Part shown: piece after piece, positions 38,020 to 48,116 of the stretch
Layout of the letters: every line of letters starts with the position of its first letter
Position numbering within the stretch: the first letter of the stretch is position 1
Source: Escherichia phage vB_EcoM-813R1
Length of the DNA stretch: 64,000 bases
Reading direction: 5' to 3' (one strand)
Sequence record: ON470617.2
Notes under the pieces: model-generated
Told to the model about the DNA's origin: nothing
Seen by the model: only the letters and a program-made list of their open reading frames with translations
The model's database searches: none
Position numbers and translations under genes: made by a program

Positions 38020-38658
38020 TTGCGTAACGACTATTATTTAACCAGCAAAGTAACTTTTAATTTTTTTTCTTTTCCCATTGATTTTTGTGCACAGCTTATC
38101 TGCCTTGCCGTGCGCAGAATCAACTTTTTTCTTCCTGATTTATCCACAAAGTTATGCACTTGCAAGAGGGCCATTTTCTAAATATTGTGATGTTTCACAA
38201 ATGAAATGAATTTTGATTAATGAAGATAAGGAGAAAATTTGAGATGCAATCATGACGTTAATAGATAGGGTCTGCATTACAGACCCCATCCGCATCAAGG
38301 AATTAGCCGTTCCCTGATGTTGTTCCGAAAACATGTGCCGTAAGCTCACGTTAACGACTTTCTTTCACCGAATCCAACTATATAGGGGTTGGGTTTCTAC
38401 GTCAACGTGAGCAAGTGCTCCTTTACATTTGACAAGGAACCACCTTAATGACTGCTTTTTTCAGTTCCTGAGTGCATTTTTAGATGCGCCTGTTATTAGC
38501 CAGATTCTGGCGATCATCCTCATCATCGTTTTGATTTTGCTTTTAAGGTCAGTAAAAAATGGAATTATGCACTGGCTTACTTAATGTTCAGTGAAACATT
38601 AAAATCTCCTTGATGTGGAAACAATCATTTTCTGTATGTGCTGGTGGGTACCTGTAGT

Positions 38659-39021
38659 TCAGCTTTCGTTGGCATTTAACTTCGTCTTTGCTTTCTCCAC
38701 CAGCAACTTCCAGATGCCTATTTCATTAGCAGCCGCCTTGATGGCGGCATAAAAAGCATCTTGCTGATCGTAACGCTGAATCTGTTTTTTCAGTTTTGCC
38801 TCCACCAATTTAATTTCATTACGTGCTTTCTGAAGCCGCAGCGCCGCCCGGTTACGTCTGTTCTTGTATAGCGCGTTAATCTCTGATAATTGCTTTAATT
38901 TACCAGCCTGACTGCGGATTATCGCCTCTCTGACTTCTGCCGTGCGTCTCATCTGATCTCTTAAGAGTTCACCGTTTTCGATAATTCTTTCAAGGTGTTT
39001 GATGTGATCTGCAACTCTCAT
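38659..39021 (-). CDS. hypothetical coiled-coil protein, 120 aa
   Basis: ORF only. Confidence 0.45.
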   Translation of the reverse strand: MRVADHIKHLERIIENGELLRDQMRRTAEVREAIIRSQAGKLKQLSEINALYKNRRNRAALRLQKARNEIKLVEAKLKKQIQRYDQQDAFYAAIKAAANEIGIWKLLVEKAKTKLNANES

Positions 39022-39797
39022 ACTTCACCCTCGCTTGTATCGCCAGCATCCACCAGCGGCAATAAAGCCCTGGCCATCTTATGAACCAATAGTGCATCAA
39101 TAATGCCAAGCGTATGCCCCGGCTTAATGTTTAATGCCGCCTCAAGGTGACACCTTTCCAGGCCACTTTTCTCGGCTTGTTTATGATGATCTGGTGTAAT
39201 AACGTCGCCCAAAACACGGCTAATTCTTTCTCGTAATTGCTGGGTGCCAGCACACTTGATCGCTGTATCGTGGAGACGGTTAACCAGTTCGCGATAAACA
39301 TGCGGCTTAATTCGGATACGTTCACCGGTGACGCCCTTTCCTGGTGCTGGCACCGAACTATCCGGAATATCCGGATAGTTGCCAGCCTCGTAAGCTACCC
39401 GCAGCCAGTGCATGAATGTTTCAGTGGACACACAACCACAGTCCACATCGATTTTCCCGCGTTGCTGTTCCAGCCATTGCCCAAAATCCAACCTGTAAGT
39501 CTTACTTTCAAGTTCATCACCATTGAACTCGACTTTCTGCGACGCTATGAGAGCTGATTCGTATTGTTCGCGAGTGACAACTGACTGGTATTCATCGCTA
39601 TCAAGGTCACCAATTGGAAGCTCAATCTCACAACAAAAATTGCGCCCAAAGAAAGTGTCTTTTTTGTGGTCTGAGCCAAAAGCAAAAGTCGCGCATGGTG
39701 CCATTAAATTGACACTGGGTAGGTAACAATAACTCATTCCATCAGGCCACCCGCCGCACTTAGGCAGTTCCTTCACTAACAAGTCGATAAACTTCAT
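39018..39797 (-). CDS. hypothetical protein, 259 aa
   Basis: ORF with 4-nt overlap to the downstream gene. Confidence 0.5.
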   Translation of the reverse strand: MKFIDLLVKELPKCGGWPDGMSYCYLPSVNLMAPCATFAFGSDHKKDTFFGRNFCCEIELPIGDLDSDEYQSVVTREQYESALIASQKVEFNGDELESKTYRLDFGQWLEQQRGKIDVDCGCVSTETFMHWLRVAYEAGNYPDIPDSSVPAPGKGVTGERIRIKPHVYRELVNRLHDTAIKCAGTQQLRERISRVLGDVITPDHHKQAEKSGLERCHLEAALNIKPGHTLGIIDALLVHKMARALLPLVDAGDTSEGEV

Positions 39798-39930
39798 TTT
39801 TTATCATCTTTGCAAGCCGCCAAAGCCATTTGGGCAAGTGCCAATACTTCATCTGCCGTATATCCAGCACCGTGACCATACATTTCGATACGGGAAATAA
39901 TCTCTGATATACGCTCTTCAGTGATTCTGG

Positions 39931-40305
39931 TCATTTCTTTTTGCGCCATTTCTTTTCACATTCCTTAGTCCATTTTTCAATGTTCATTTTGGCAATATCA
40001 GTCATTCCATCACCTAAGAAATACTTTCTCCGGTACGTCTTGCACTTAAACCACACTACAACAGCCACCAGCCAGAAAATAAAAGGCCATACAGCAATAC
40101 CAACTCCAGCCGCGATAAAGCCCAATAGCCATAAATGAAGCTCTCCAACTTCTGTTTGCGGCAATATTCTTAAAGAATTAAGCAGCAGACTGAAGGAATA
40201 GTCGTATGCATTGGCGGTATAAGACATGCAATCCATATAATTAAAGTCATAGCCTGCGGCTGCCGCCCATAATGGGCGGTCAAGAAAATGTTTTAGTGTC
40301 ATCAT
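39931..40305 (-). CDS. hypothetical membrane protein, 124 aa
   Basis: Hydrophobic segment …LWLLGFIAAGVGIAVWPFIFWLVAVVVWF…. Confidence 0.45.
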   Translation of the reverse strand: MMTLKHFLDRPLWAAAAGYDFNYMDCMSYTANAYDYSFSLLLNSLRILPQTEVGELHLWLLGFIAAGVGIAVWPFIFWLVAVVVWFKCKTYRRKYFLGDGMTDIAKMNIEKWTKECEKKWRKKK

Positions 40306-40311
40306 ATAAAT

Positions 40312-40701
40312 TTAAGGTTCAGACCAGTTATCTTCAATAGCAATGCTTAATCTTTGTAGCCATTCTGCTAATTTCAGCATTGCTTCTCTTTCGCTTAAAC
40401 CACGAGGAAAATCATCAAGCGAAATTGTTGGCTTGAAGCCCCCGTAATTATCTATTTCAACAGTCAGATTTTGCTCCAGCACGGTATTCCTTACGCGGCT
40501 ATTGTGCCGAAGCAAATATACTGAACGTGATTTATTGGTTTTATGGTCAAACTGATATTCGGTAAGTATCATCTGGCTTTTGCCATGACTATTACCTCTC
40601 CACATACTTACCTCACTTAATAAAACAACTCCATGCGTAGTTGATGATTTTTTCCCACGTAATATAAATCTGCACTCCGGCAGTAAAACCAAAGCCAACA
40701 A
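40312..40701 (-). CDS. hypothetical protein, 129 aa
   Basis: ORF only. Confidence 0.45.
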   Translation of the reverse strand: MLALVLLPECRFILRGKKSSTTHGVVLLSEVSMWRGNSHGKSQMILTEYQFDHKTNKSRSVYLLRHNSRVRNTVLEQNLTVEIDNYGGFKPTISLDDFPRGLSEREAMLKLAEWLQRLSIAIEDNWSEP

Positions 40702-40783
40702 TTGCTGAAAAAATCAAAACATTTACTTTTGACATTATAAATTTTCTCTCGGTGTCGTAGGTGATAGCACCATAATTGATAAT

Positions 40784-41035
40784 TTAGTGAGTTAGCAGTT
40801 CCATTTTTTGGATGATTTCCGCATGAGCATCATCGTTATCAACACTTAACTCGTTTAATGCCTCTCGCACTACATCAACTTCTTCTGGTTGGAAGAAGTC
40901 ATCTCGGTAGTCACCAAATAGAACCGAAACAAGCCTGCCACCAGCAACATCAAGATTGGCGCTAACAGGTGGCTCTTTGCCATCCTCAAATTCGACTACA
41001 AAAGTTATTTTTCCCATCGTTACCACCAGCGACAA
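40784..41035 (-). CDS. hypothetical protein, 83 aa
   Basis: ORF only. Confidence 0.4.
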   Translation of the reverse strand: MSLVVTMGKITFVVEFEDGKEPPVSANLDVAGGRLVSVLFGDYRDDFFQPEEVDVVREALNELSVDNDDAHAEIIQKMELLTH

Positions 41036-41099
41036 ATTGAATACAAACCCAGTGCTGCCGCCATCACAATTCCTACCGTGGTGAATGCTTCAGGCCAGC

Positions 41100-41987
41100 T
41101 CATTGATTCACCTCCTGCGGCGGTTCTGGTAGCGGCATCCAGAACAAGGCGTTCCCTAACCACGATAAAGTGCCGTCGCTCAACTCCACGTATTCCCCTT
41201 GCACCTGGCCTGCCATATACTCGCCGTGCTTTGAATAAATTAAAATCCAATCATCTTGAGCGGGCATTCGCTCACTACAGCTTATCCAACTATCCGGAGT
41301 TACCGGAGAGTTGCCAGCCAGTCTACGCAAAACAGCCTTAACAGCCTCAATACGGTCATCATCGCAATTTTCCAGCGTATCTATGCGGTCGAGCATGATG
41401 ATGGCGTTATCAATATCAGGATTGCCAGTCCACTCATTACCGCGATTGGATTCGGCAGCCTGGTTGCCAGATGCTGGCTGATTGTCGGCTTGGCTATAGC
41501 TAACAGCACGGCAGGCATCCTCTACGTTCTTCACTGCATCTGCGCAGTAGTTATAGCGATTGCATTCCACTAACTTCTGCTTGAGATTTTCAATTGCTTG
41601 CGCGACATCAGCCTGTATTGGCGGAACGGCTGTTTGCTCTCGAACGTCATTAGTCGCTATCGGTTCTGCTGCCAACTGACTGGCATATTTGTTAATGGTA
41701 ACGATAAGCTCTTGCTCGGCCTCATCCAGACAATCACCGATACCTCGCCTGTCACCGTCAAAATCATCGAAATCGGCACGAATCCTGGCAACCTCCCGGA
41801 TTGCGGACAACACTTCACCAGGAATAAGCGGAGAGTTGCCCGATAGTACATTCTGCTCCAGCGATGCCAGAGCAATTCGTGCCAGTTCTTCCGCTTCTTC
41901 TGCTGGCAGTACAACGTTGCTACCAGGTCCGTATGTTTCGCGCCACTGCCTGATTGTCAGCAGTCGCTCTTTGGTAATAGTGGTCAT
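41100..41987 (-). CDS. hypothetical protein, 295 aa
   Basis: ORF only. Confidence 0.5.
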   Translation of the reverse strand: MTTITKERLLTIRQWRETYGPGSNVVLPAEEAEELARIALASLEQNVLSGNSPLIPGEVLSAIREVARIRADFDDFDGDRRGIGDCLDEAEQELIVTINKYASQLAAEPIATNDVREQTAVPPIQADVAQAIENLKQKLVECNRYNYCADAVKNVEDACRAVSYSQADNQPASGNQAAESNRGNEWTGNPDIDNAIIMLDRIDTLENCDDDRIEAVKAVLRRLAGNSPVTPDSWISCSERMPAQDDWILIYSKHGEYMAGQVQGEYVELSDGTLSWLGNALFWMPLPEPPQEVNQ

Positions 41988-42260
41988 GTGTTAGTCCTTA
42001 TCCTGCTGTACTTTCAACTGATGAGGGGAATAAAATCTTTTCATCAAATCCGGCATTCATATCATGAACAGCAACACACCAATCCATTGACGAACGATTA
42101 TCAAGAGCCTCCATGATTTCATCCATGCGGCGCAGGTCATACAGGTAAATGCTTTTATCGCCAATGGTGTAAAAACCAATTTTTTCGGTGATGGGCAGCG
42201 ATCAAGAACGTCCTGTAATTCGCTCAACCATGCTTGTTCTTTTTTGTCAAAGTTGCCATA

Positions 42261-42818
42261 TCACTCTCCTTTGATGCCAATGCCAGCGGCGCGGGAATCA
42301 TCCCATCGCTTTACTTCTTCACGAATTACGTCAATGCATTCTTTCGAATCCATTAGGTAATCTTCATCAAAAAGACGTTCCTGTTCGTTTTCTATCGCAA
42401 CAATGATTGCTTCAACTAACTTTTGTGCCTGAGAACCACTTTCTAACTCTGCTATGCGCTTACTCCCATCAGAGATAACACCTTCGTAATACTCACGCTG
42501 CTCGTTGAGTTTTGATTTTGCTGCTTCCAGCTCAACGCGCAACTTCCCTACCGTTAGTGCAATATCCTCGTTCTCCTGGTCGCGGGATTTGATGTATTGC
42601 TGGTTCCTTTCCCGTTCATCCAGTAGTGCCAAAGCAATCTTTGGATTAAAGGCAGCAATAAATTCAGCGTTGTTTTTCAGAACGTGTTGCGCAATGGCCT
42701 GACTACTTAGTCGGACCTCATAACCACGTGCGCCACGGTGTGGTTTATATGAGTCCCAGTCTCCCCACGTTGCCTTCTCTGCCGCCTCACGCAGTGCCTG
42801 ATAGTCAATCTTGTTCAT
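42261..42818 (-). CDS. Ead/Ea22-like coiled-coil protein, 185 aa
   Basis: N-terminus MNKIDYQALREAAEKATWGDW… is paralogous to the ORF at 43116..43841. Confidence 0.5.
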   Translation of the reverse strand: MNKIDYQALREAAEKATWGDWDSYKPHRGARGYEVRLSSQAIAQHVLKNNAEFIAAFNPKIALALLDERERNQQYIKSRDQENEDIALTVGKLRVELEAAKSKLNEQREYYEGVISDGSKRIAELESGSQAQKLVEAIIVAIENEQERLFDEDYLMDSKECIDVIREEVKRWDDSRAAGIGIKGE

Positions 42819-42819
42819 G

Positions 42820-43152
42820 TCACATCACCCTGAATCCGTTGCATTTACGTAAGAAATCGCAGATATAGCCCTTCATTTTTTCATGCCAATCTCGATCATT
42901 CCCATTGCACCAACCATCAGGTGGAGTCCAGTTTTCTATCAGAGCAGCCATTTTCTTTGCTTTCGCCGGAGTAGCTGTTGCGGTATCGCAGTAATGACGA
43001 GTGTCAACCAACGCATCCATACCATCGATATCAAGTACGCAAAACCATGTGTGATTCGGAATTCCTACAGGTGGTATTTGTTGCCCACGTCGACGTTTAT
43101 CAATAAGATATACACTCACTGCTTGCCTCCTTTGCGAATCTGTTCCGCCCAT
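42820..43152 (-). CDS. hypothetical protein, 110 aa
   Basis: ORF only. Confidence 0.4.
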   Translation of the reverse strand: MGGTDSQRRQAVSVYLIDKRRRGQQIPPVGIPNHTWFCVLDIDGMDALVDTRHYCDTATATPAKAKKMAALIENWTPPDGWCNGNDRDWHEKMKGYICDFLRKCNGFRVM

Positions 43153-43841
43153 TCTTCAAGGGATTTCTCCGCATATTCACCGGACAGGCCATCAATCGGA
43201 TGCGGTTCATTAGCCAACTCTTCTTTCGCTGACAAAATCATGCGTGTAACGTCGAAAACTTCACGCAAAGATTTATTGATAAATCCGTGATTGAACGCAG
43301 CAGCAAGACGGCTGGCGGTATAGTTAATCCCCTCGTTGCGTGCTTCCGCACGAATTTCAGCCAGAAAAGCATCGGTGGCTGAAATATTTCCTGTTGCCTT
43401 CATGGCCCCCAAAATAACCAGAACGCCATCTCGCCCAACCTCCTCAGCGATAACCTCGGTGTTGTCGCCAACAACATCGCAGAATGCCTGAACTGCCTTA
43501 CGAGCCAGCTCATTCTCCGCCGCCAGCGCCGCGCACTTGGCCTCAAGAGCGGCAACCACTTCCTGATGGTCTTTGTACTTAACGTATGAGCCGGAGATGT
43601 CATCACCTTCGGTGTTTAGCCATGCGTCATTGCAATTCACTGCGTAGGTTCTGATGCTCATGTTGATGCTCTCCCGCCCCTGACAGACGCTAGGCCAGTC
43701 AATAAAGTATCCGCAATGCCTACCCTCAGACGTGCGCGCAGGATAAATGCCGTTATGACCCGGCAAAATATATGCTACCCATTCATCTTGCGTTGCCTGT
43801 TTCGCCGCCTCGCGCAGTTCTTTATAGTTAATTTCGCTCAC
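43116..43841 (-). CDS. Ead/Ea22-like coiled-coil protein, 241 aa (paralog of 42261..42818)
   Basis: N-terminus MSEINYKELREAAKQATQDEW…. Confidence 0.5.
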   Translation of the reverse strand: MSEINYKELREAAKQATQDEWVAYILPGHNGIYPARTSEGRHCGYFIDWPSVCQGRESINMSIRTYAVNCNDAWLNTEGDDISGSYVKYKDHQEVVAALEAKCAALAAENELARKAVQAFCDVVGDNTEVIAEEVGRDGVLVILGAMKATGNISATDAFLAEIRAEARNEGINYTASRLAAAFNHGFINKSLREVFDVTRMILSAKEELANEPHPIDGLSGEYAEKSLEEWAEQIRKGGKQ

Positions 43842-44074
43842 TGGTTGCCTCCTTTACGGATCTGCGCTGCGATGCGCGAAAAAAGACTCCCGCGTATGAC
43901 TGTTAAGAGCTGGCGCGAACGCTGCGTTAAGAACAGCAGCATCACAGCCGTCATCAATATAGAGCGCAATTTTTTCTCCAGGCGCGCTTTGGCTTCCTGC
44001 AACTGCATACCCCGGCACGCACGCGGGATATAATCAGCAATTTGAGCGATAGCCTTTTCGTTCTGTTTAAACAT
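43838..44074 (-). CDS. hypothetical protein, 78 aa
   Basis: ORF with 4-nt overlap. Confidence 0.35.
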   Translation of the reverse strand: MFKQNEKAIAQIADYIPRACRGMQLQEAKARLEKKLRSILMTAVMLLFLTQRSRQLLTVIRGSLFSRIAAQIRKGGNQ

Positions 44075-44270
44075 GCTTCACCTCGATAGGCTTGATGGTG
44101 TCTAACAGCAGTCGGCGGCGCGTATTTTCTGCAAAATGGCGGCGTCCAGTTTCTTTGTGGTAAAACTCGTTTTTGCCGACGACCCACATCCGCTCTGTTT
44201 GGTGCAGTTTTTTTACCTGCGGACCGTCTTTGGTGATCACGGTGCCGGTATGGGTTTTTACGATTGTCAT
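44067..44270 (-). CDS. hypothetical protein, 67 aa
   Basis: ORF only. Confidence 0.35.
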   Translation of the reverse strand: MTIVKTHTGTVITKDGPQVKKLHQTERMWVVGKNEFYHKETGRRHFAENTRRRLLLDTIKPIEVKHV

Positions 44271-44353
44271 GCCACTACCTATTCGAACAGATGAACGAGA
44301 CAGGCCGATGCTCGTCCACCTGAAAAACTGACGATTTGATGCATACTCACGGT

Positions 44354-45082
44354 TTATTCCTGAATGCGCTTAAACTCGATTACCCACACCCAGGGATTAG
44401 CGTTCCAGCTTTCTTCACCATAGATGGATTCCCACAGACGCTGGAACGCAACCTTGGCCATTGCGAAATCCCCCTTGGGAGTAAGGAATGTTCCCGGGTG
44501 ATCAGGAAGCAAACTTCCAGCAGGCGGAACGCCCTCATCCCTTGCATCGCATTCGCTGATATCGTTCAACCGCTCAACGCGCACGTTGGTAATTTCCAAC
44601 AGGATGCGTGATGCCCATCGCGGCATGTGAATTGATGGACGCCACCCACCATCAAACTTTTCATTCACAGTGTGAGGTTTCCAGTCGGCATCATCGGGTA
44701 TCGACCATAAACCGTAATCACCAGGCTTTTGCTCACAACTGGCCCGATAAATCCTTGCTGCGTTCTTCTCATCGCCACGACAAAGGTTGTCGTTCCAGTC
44801 CACACTGCAACCATCTTCATTGCCTAATATCGCCCATGTTTCACGAACCCAAATTCGATCGCCGACGATACCAAAGGGGCAATTGAAAACACTGCTTACA
44901 CCATCAGCCCCGTACCACTGAAAACCTGCACCAATTTCCCTAACCATCACTGGTGCTTCTGGACCAACTTCCGCAGGCTGATTTTTCATTATCCGCCGCG
45001 TCTGCGTTTTCCTTCCTTCGAGGATGGCTCGGACCATCTCATCGTTGAAAATCATGCCGCGCTCTTTCACTTCGCCTTTCAT
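44354..45082 (-). CDS. hypothetical protein, 242 aa
   Basis: ORF only; N-terminus MIFNDEMVRAILEGRKTQTRR…. Confidence 0.5.
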   Translation of the reverse strand: MKGEVKERGMIFNDEMVRAILEGRKTQTRRIMKNQPAEVGPEAPVMVREIGAGFQWYGADGVSSVFNCPFGIVGDRIWVRETWAILGNEDGCSVDWNDNLCRGDEKNAARIYRASCEQKPGDYGLWSIPDDADWKPHTVNEKFDGGWRPSIHMPRWASRILLEITNVRVERLNDISECDARDEGVPPAGSLLPDHPGTFLTPKGDFAMAKVAFQRLWESIYGEESWNANPWVWVIEFKRIQE

Positions 45083-45259
45083 GCATCCCCTTACCCATGC
45101 GCGACGATGCCGCCAAAAGTGATAGAGAACAGCCAGAAATAGATCGCGGCCATAATGATTTTGAATGCCGTGTTCATATTTTCAGCTCCTGTGATTGATT
45201 GGATACATGCCGCGCCTTGCGGCATGTTTTTATTTTCACTTTCTCTGTTTTAAAAATCA

Positions 45260-45276
45260 ATATTTATTAGAGCAAT
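45260..45276 (-). promoter_or_regulatory. C1 operator (atatttattagagcaat)
   Basis: 16/17 match to the operator consensus in an intergenic region. Confidence 0.55.
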
Positions 45277-45782
45277 TATTGTTGGTGGAGAAGCGCGTTT
45301 TCATACTCCCTGACCATTAACGTAAGTACGCCGTGACTCCTGAAAACACGCGCCACTTCAATCTTATCTTCCAGCGCGAACGCAATTTTACTTAGACCAA
45401 TTTTCTTCAGGAGATCAATCTTTGCTGGACCGTCATTTCTGTCATCGGTGGCAGGACGCATAGATAGCAAAGGCTCAGCCCCGTTTGTTACGTACTTCCG
45501 CAGCCAGGCTCGTGTTTTATCCCTTGCGATCTCACAGCGCCCGGTTACAAACCAGACCGTGTAAACGTTAAATAACTGGCGCACCATATCAATAACCGGA
45601 GTGATGGGAGTATCGGTGTCACAGGCGAGATTAAACTCGTTCCAGTCCTTTGTTAATGCACCTTTACCTGGTGGCGGAAGCAAATGCAGTCTGTCTTCAG
45701 TTGCCTCTGATATTGTTCCATCAATATCGACTATGACGATATACGGACGTTCCTGGTGTGCGTGTTTATTGAAAATACTCAA
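45276..45782 (-). CDS. HAD-superfamily phosphatase-like protein, 168 aa
   Basis: DxDGT motif (…IVIVDIDGTISE…) near the N-terminus. Confidence 0.5.
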   Translation of the reverse strand: MSIFNKHAHQERPYIVIVDIDGTISEATEDRLHLLPPPGKGALTKDWNEFNLACDTDTPITPVIDMVRQLFNVYTVWFVTGRCEIARDKTRAWLRKYVTNGAEPLLSMRPATDDRNDGPAKIDLLKKIGLSKIAFALEDKIEVARVFRSHGVLTLMVREYENALLHQQ

Positions 45783-45854
45783 ATGCCCTCCTCATTGGAC
45801 GAAAAAAATGCTGGTGGGCGCACTCCACCAGCATTAAAAGTGACGCTGTAACTA

Positions 45855-47057
45855 TCAGCGGACGTAAATAGTGCCGCCGTTCTCTTTTTCCCATGCATCG
45901 CTACGTGCATAGCAAACATCGAGAAGTCTTCTTGCCGCTGTTTCCTCTAAACCCAATTCGACAACCAACTGCTCATGACGGCGGGTAACCACATCAAACA
46001 GGGTATGCAACCCTTTAGTTGCCAGATCATCAATGAATTCCGGTTCGAACGGCAGCTCTGCATCTGCCAACATAACCTCTTGCGCCCACTCAACTCGACG
46101 GACCAATTCCGGGCGGCGGCTTTCCATCTCTTTACAGATCAATTCATGGAAGAACTCTACCCAACCTTCCGGCTGGAACTCGCGGAAAATTGCCAACGGC
46201 TGGAAGTTTGGCATCAACCATTCGTTGATTCGGATATCAATGGCATAGCCCATGTCGCAGCAGAACTGATAAGCAAAGTCCAGCTTAGAAACGATATAAG
46301 GACGCTCGTTATTGAACTCTTTAGGCGATGAGATCCCATAAGCCAGGAGGCGCGGGAAGAAGGAGATTTGCCCTAACGTCGGATGAAGTTTGCTTGCAGG
46401 GAAACGGCGCTCAGTAATGCCATACATTTCCTTCTTGAGCGTCGCAAATTTGGCATTCTCATTAACCAGCGCGGTAACCTCTGCTTTTTTATTAGCAAAT
46501 GCCACGCGCGCTTCGCTTGCATCTTTAATAGTTTTTTTGAGCTGTTGGTTAAGGTCGGCGACCTGCTTACGCAGTTCCTGTCGCTCGCTTTTAGCTTTGT
46601 TATAGCGTTTCTCAAGGTTAAAAGGATCAAGTTTCATGATCTCTTTATATTGAGATTTTAGCGTTGAAATCTGTGAGTTCCGCAGTTCAACCATCGCGGT
46701 CATTTCATTGAGTTTTGTTTCCAGCTCAATGCTTATACGTTCGGCATTATCAGCACGCTGGTTGGCGTCATGCGTCGCATTGTCGATCGCGTCCTGTTGC
46801 TGGCGTTTCAAATGTTCAATTTGTAGCTGAAGCTCTTCAATTTCTTTACCCTTCAGACCGAGATCCAACTGCATATTTTCAGCTGCATCTACCAGGGAGT
46901 TATGGCTATCAGCTTCTGCGTTATAAACATCAATAAGCTGTGCGTGAAGCATCTCCGCTGACTGAACCGCATTATCAAAAACGCGCTGTGAGGTCATCAC
47001 AACTAACGCGGCGTTGCGCGGCCCGGATGTTCTGGATAATGGCCGGGATACCGGCAT
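45855..47057 (-). CDS. hypothetical protein, 400 aa, with a long coiled-coil segment
   Basis: ORF only. Confidence 0.5.
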   Translation of the reverse strand: MPVSRPLSRTSGPRNAALVVMTSQRVFDNAVQSAEMLHAQLIDVYNAEADSHNSLVDAAENMQLDLGLKGKEIEELQLQIEHLKRQQQDAIDNATHDANQRADNAERISIELETKLNEMTAMVELRNSQISTLKSQYKEIMKLDPFNLEKRYNKAKSERQELRKQVADLNQQLKKTIKDASEARVAFANKKAEVTALVNENAKFATLKKEMYGITERRFPASKLHPTLGQISFFPRLLAYGISSPKEFNNERPYIVSKLDFAYQFCCDMGYAIDIRINEWLMPNFQPLAIFREFQPEGWVEFFHELICKEMESRRPELVRRVEWAQEVMLADAELPFEPEFIDDLATKGLHTLFDVVTRRHEQLVVELGLEETAARRLLDVCYARSDAWEKENGGTIYVR

Positions 47058-47116
47058 TCAGGACGTCAGGGATAGATACATTTTCGATTGATTGGTTTTG
47101 TGCTGAAGTGATCATT

Positions 47117-47335
47117 TCAAAGTTCCGTATTAGCTTGTGCTTCGGTCATTTTTCCTAAGTATGAAGGAGGAAGGACTACGCAATTTGTATCCAGTCCCTC
47201 ACCTATGGCAGCCTGTAAAATTCTGGCTAAGGTGAGTCTCTTGTTGCGATACCTGGTGATGACATGCCTGATACCGCCGGTCGGCGTAACAAAGGCGATC
47301 AGCCAGTAGTGATATTTCCGTCGGAATGGCCACAT
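47117..47335 (-). CDS. hypothetical protein, 72 aa
   Basis: ORF adjacent to the operator pair at 47350..47414. Confidence 0.4.
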   Translation of the reverse strand: MWPFRRKYHYWLIAFVTPTGGIRHVITRYRNKRLTLARILQAAIGEGLDTNCVVLPPSYLGKMTEAQANTEL

Positions 47336-47349
47336 AGTGCACCTTGTAG

Positions 47350-47366
47350 ATTGCTCTAATAAAAAC
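47350..47366 (+). promoter_or_regulatory. C1-operator-like site (attgctctaataaaaac)
   Basis: 15/17 match to the operator consensus. Confidence 0.5.
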
Positions 47367-47397
47367 GTGATGAGTGTACATCACGTTTTAAAAATAT

Positions 47398-47414
47398 GGA
47401 ATTATTAGAGCAAT
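47398..47414 (-). promoter_or_regulatory. C1-operator-like site (ggaattattagagcaat), inverted relative to 47350..47366
   Basis: 14/17 match; the two sites flank the palindrome cgtgatgagtgtacatcacg. Confidence 0.45.
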
Positions 47415-47504
47415 ATTATTCTGATTCTCGCTCAAAAAATGAGCTGATAAGGGGGAGCCAATCCTCTGACACTTCGCGAGGTCGCGGTTTGCCGTGGAAA
47501 AAGA

Positions 47505-48116
47505 TTATTCGGCAGTCTTTTGGTAATGCCCCATTCCCCTGGAGTAACGCGCGCTCGCATATTTTGAACCAGGTTCCACAACATCGGCCTTGTAACTTAC
47601 AAACCATCCTGGATACAGATCCTGAAATGCTGGTGTATCATCGCCCATAACCTTTCGTAAGAACCCCTGGTCACCCCAGCACTCAGTAGTGACACAACGA
47701 GAAATCCAACCTTCCGGATCTTGCCAGAATGAACTCCAGATATGCGCTTTAACACTATTTGGTATCCACAGGGCACCGCTACCACGATATTGTGGATGGT
47801 AAAAATCCCTAAGCATGGTGAAGCTGGTTGGTGGATGCTCTAGGATTGGGCGTATATCACCGGCAATAACCGTGTCCAAATCCAGATAGAACAGATCATC
47901 GGTTATATCCGGTCGGAACAACTCGATTTTCGCCCACCAGCCACGGCACTTTTGCCACTGGTTGATCAATGGGATAACTTTGACGCCAGGTACATGTAAA
48001 CACTTCAGGTCTGTCAGGCAAATAATTTCATAGTCTTTTGGCAGTTGATTAACCAGCCACTGCACATCGGAAGCGTTATAGTCACCACCAGAGCGAAGAA
48101 CTAAAGCAATCTTCAT
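47505..48116 (-). CDS. hypothetical protein, 203 aa
   Basis: ORF with 4-nt overlap to the upstream phosphatase gene. Confidence 0.5.
   Translation of the reverse strand: MKIALVLRSGGDYNASDVQWLVNQLPKDYEIICLTDLKCLHVPGVKVIPLINQWQKCRGWWAKIELFRPDITDDLFYLDLDTVIAGDIRPILEHPPTSFTMLRDFYHPQYRGSGALWIPNSVKAHIWSSFWQDPEGWISRCVTTECWGDQGFLRKVMGDDTPAFQDLYPGWFVSYKADVVEPGSKYASARYSRGMGHYQKTAE

Noticed and set aside
47366-47385. Palindrome cgtgatgagtgtacatcacg as a defined Lpa-dependent late promoter element
   Set aside because: I could not reconstruct the P1 late-promoter consensus confidently enough from memory and did not find the same motif upstream of obvious late genes in this window; reported only as an observation.
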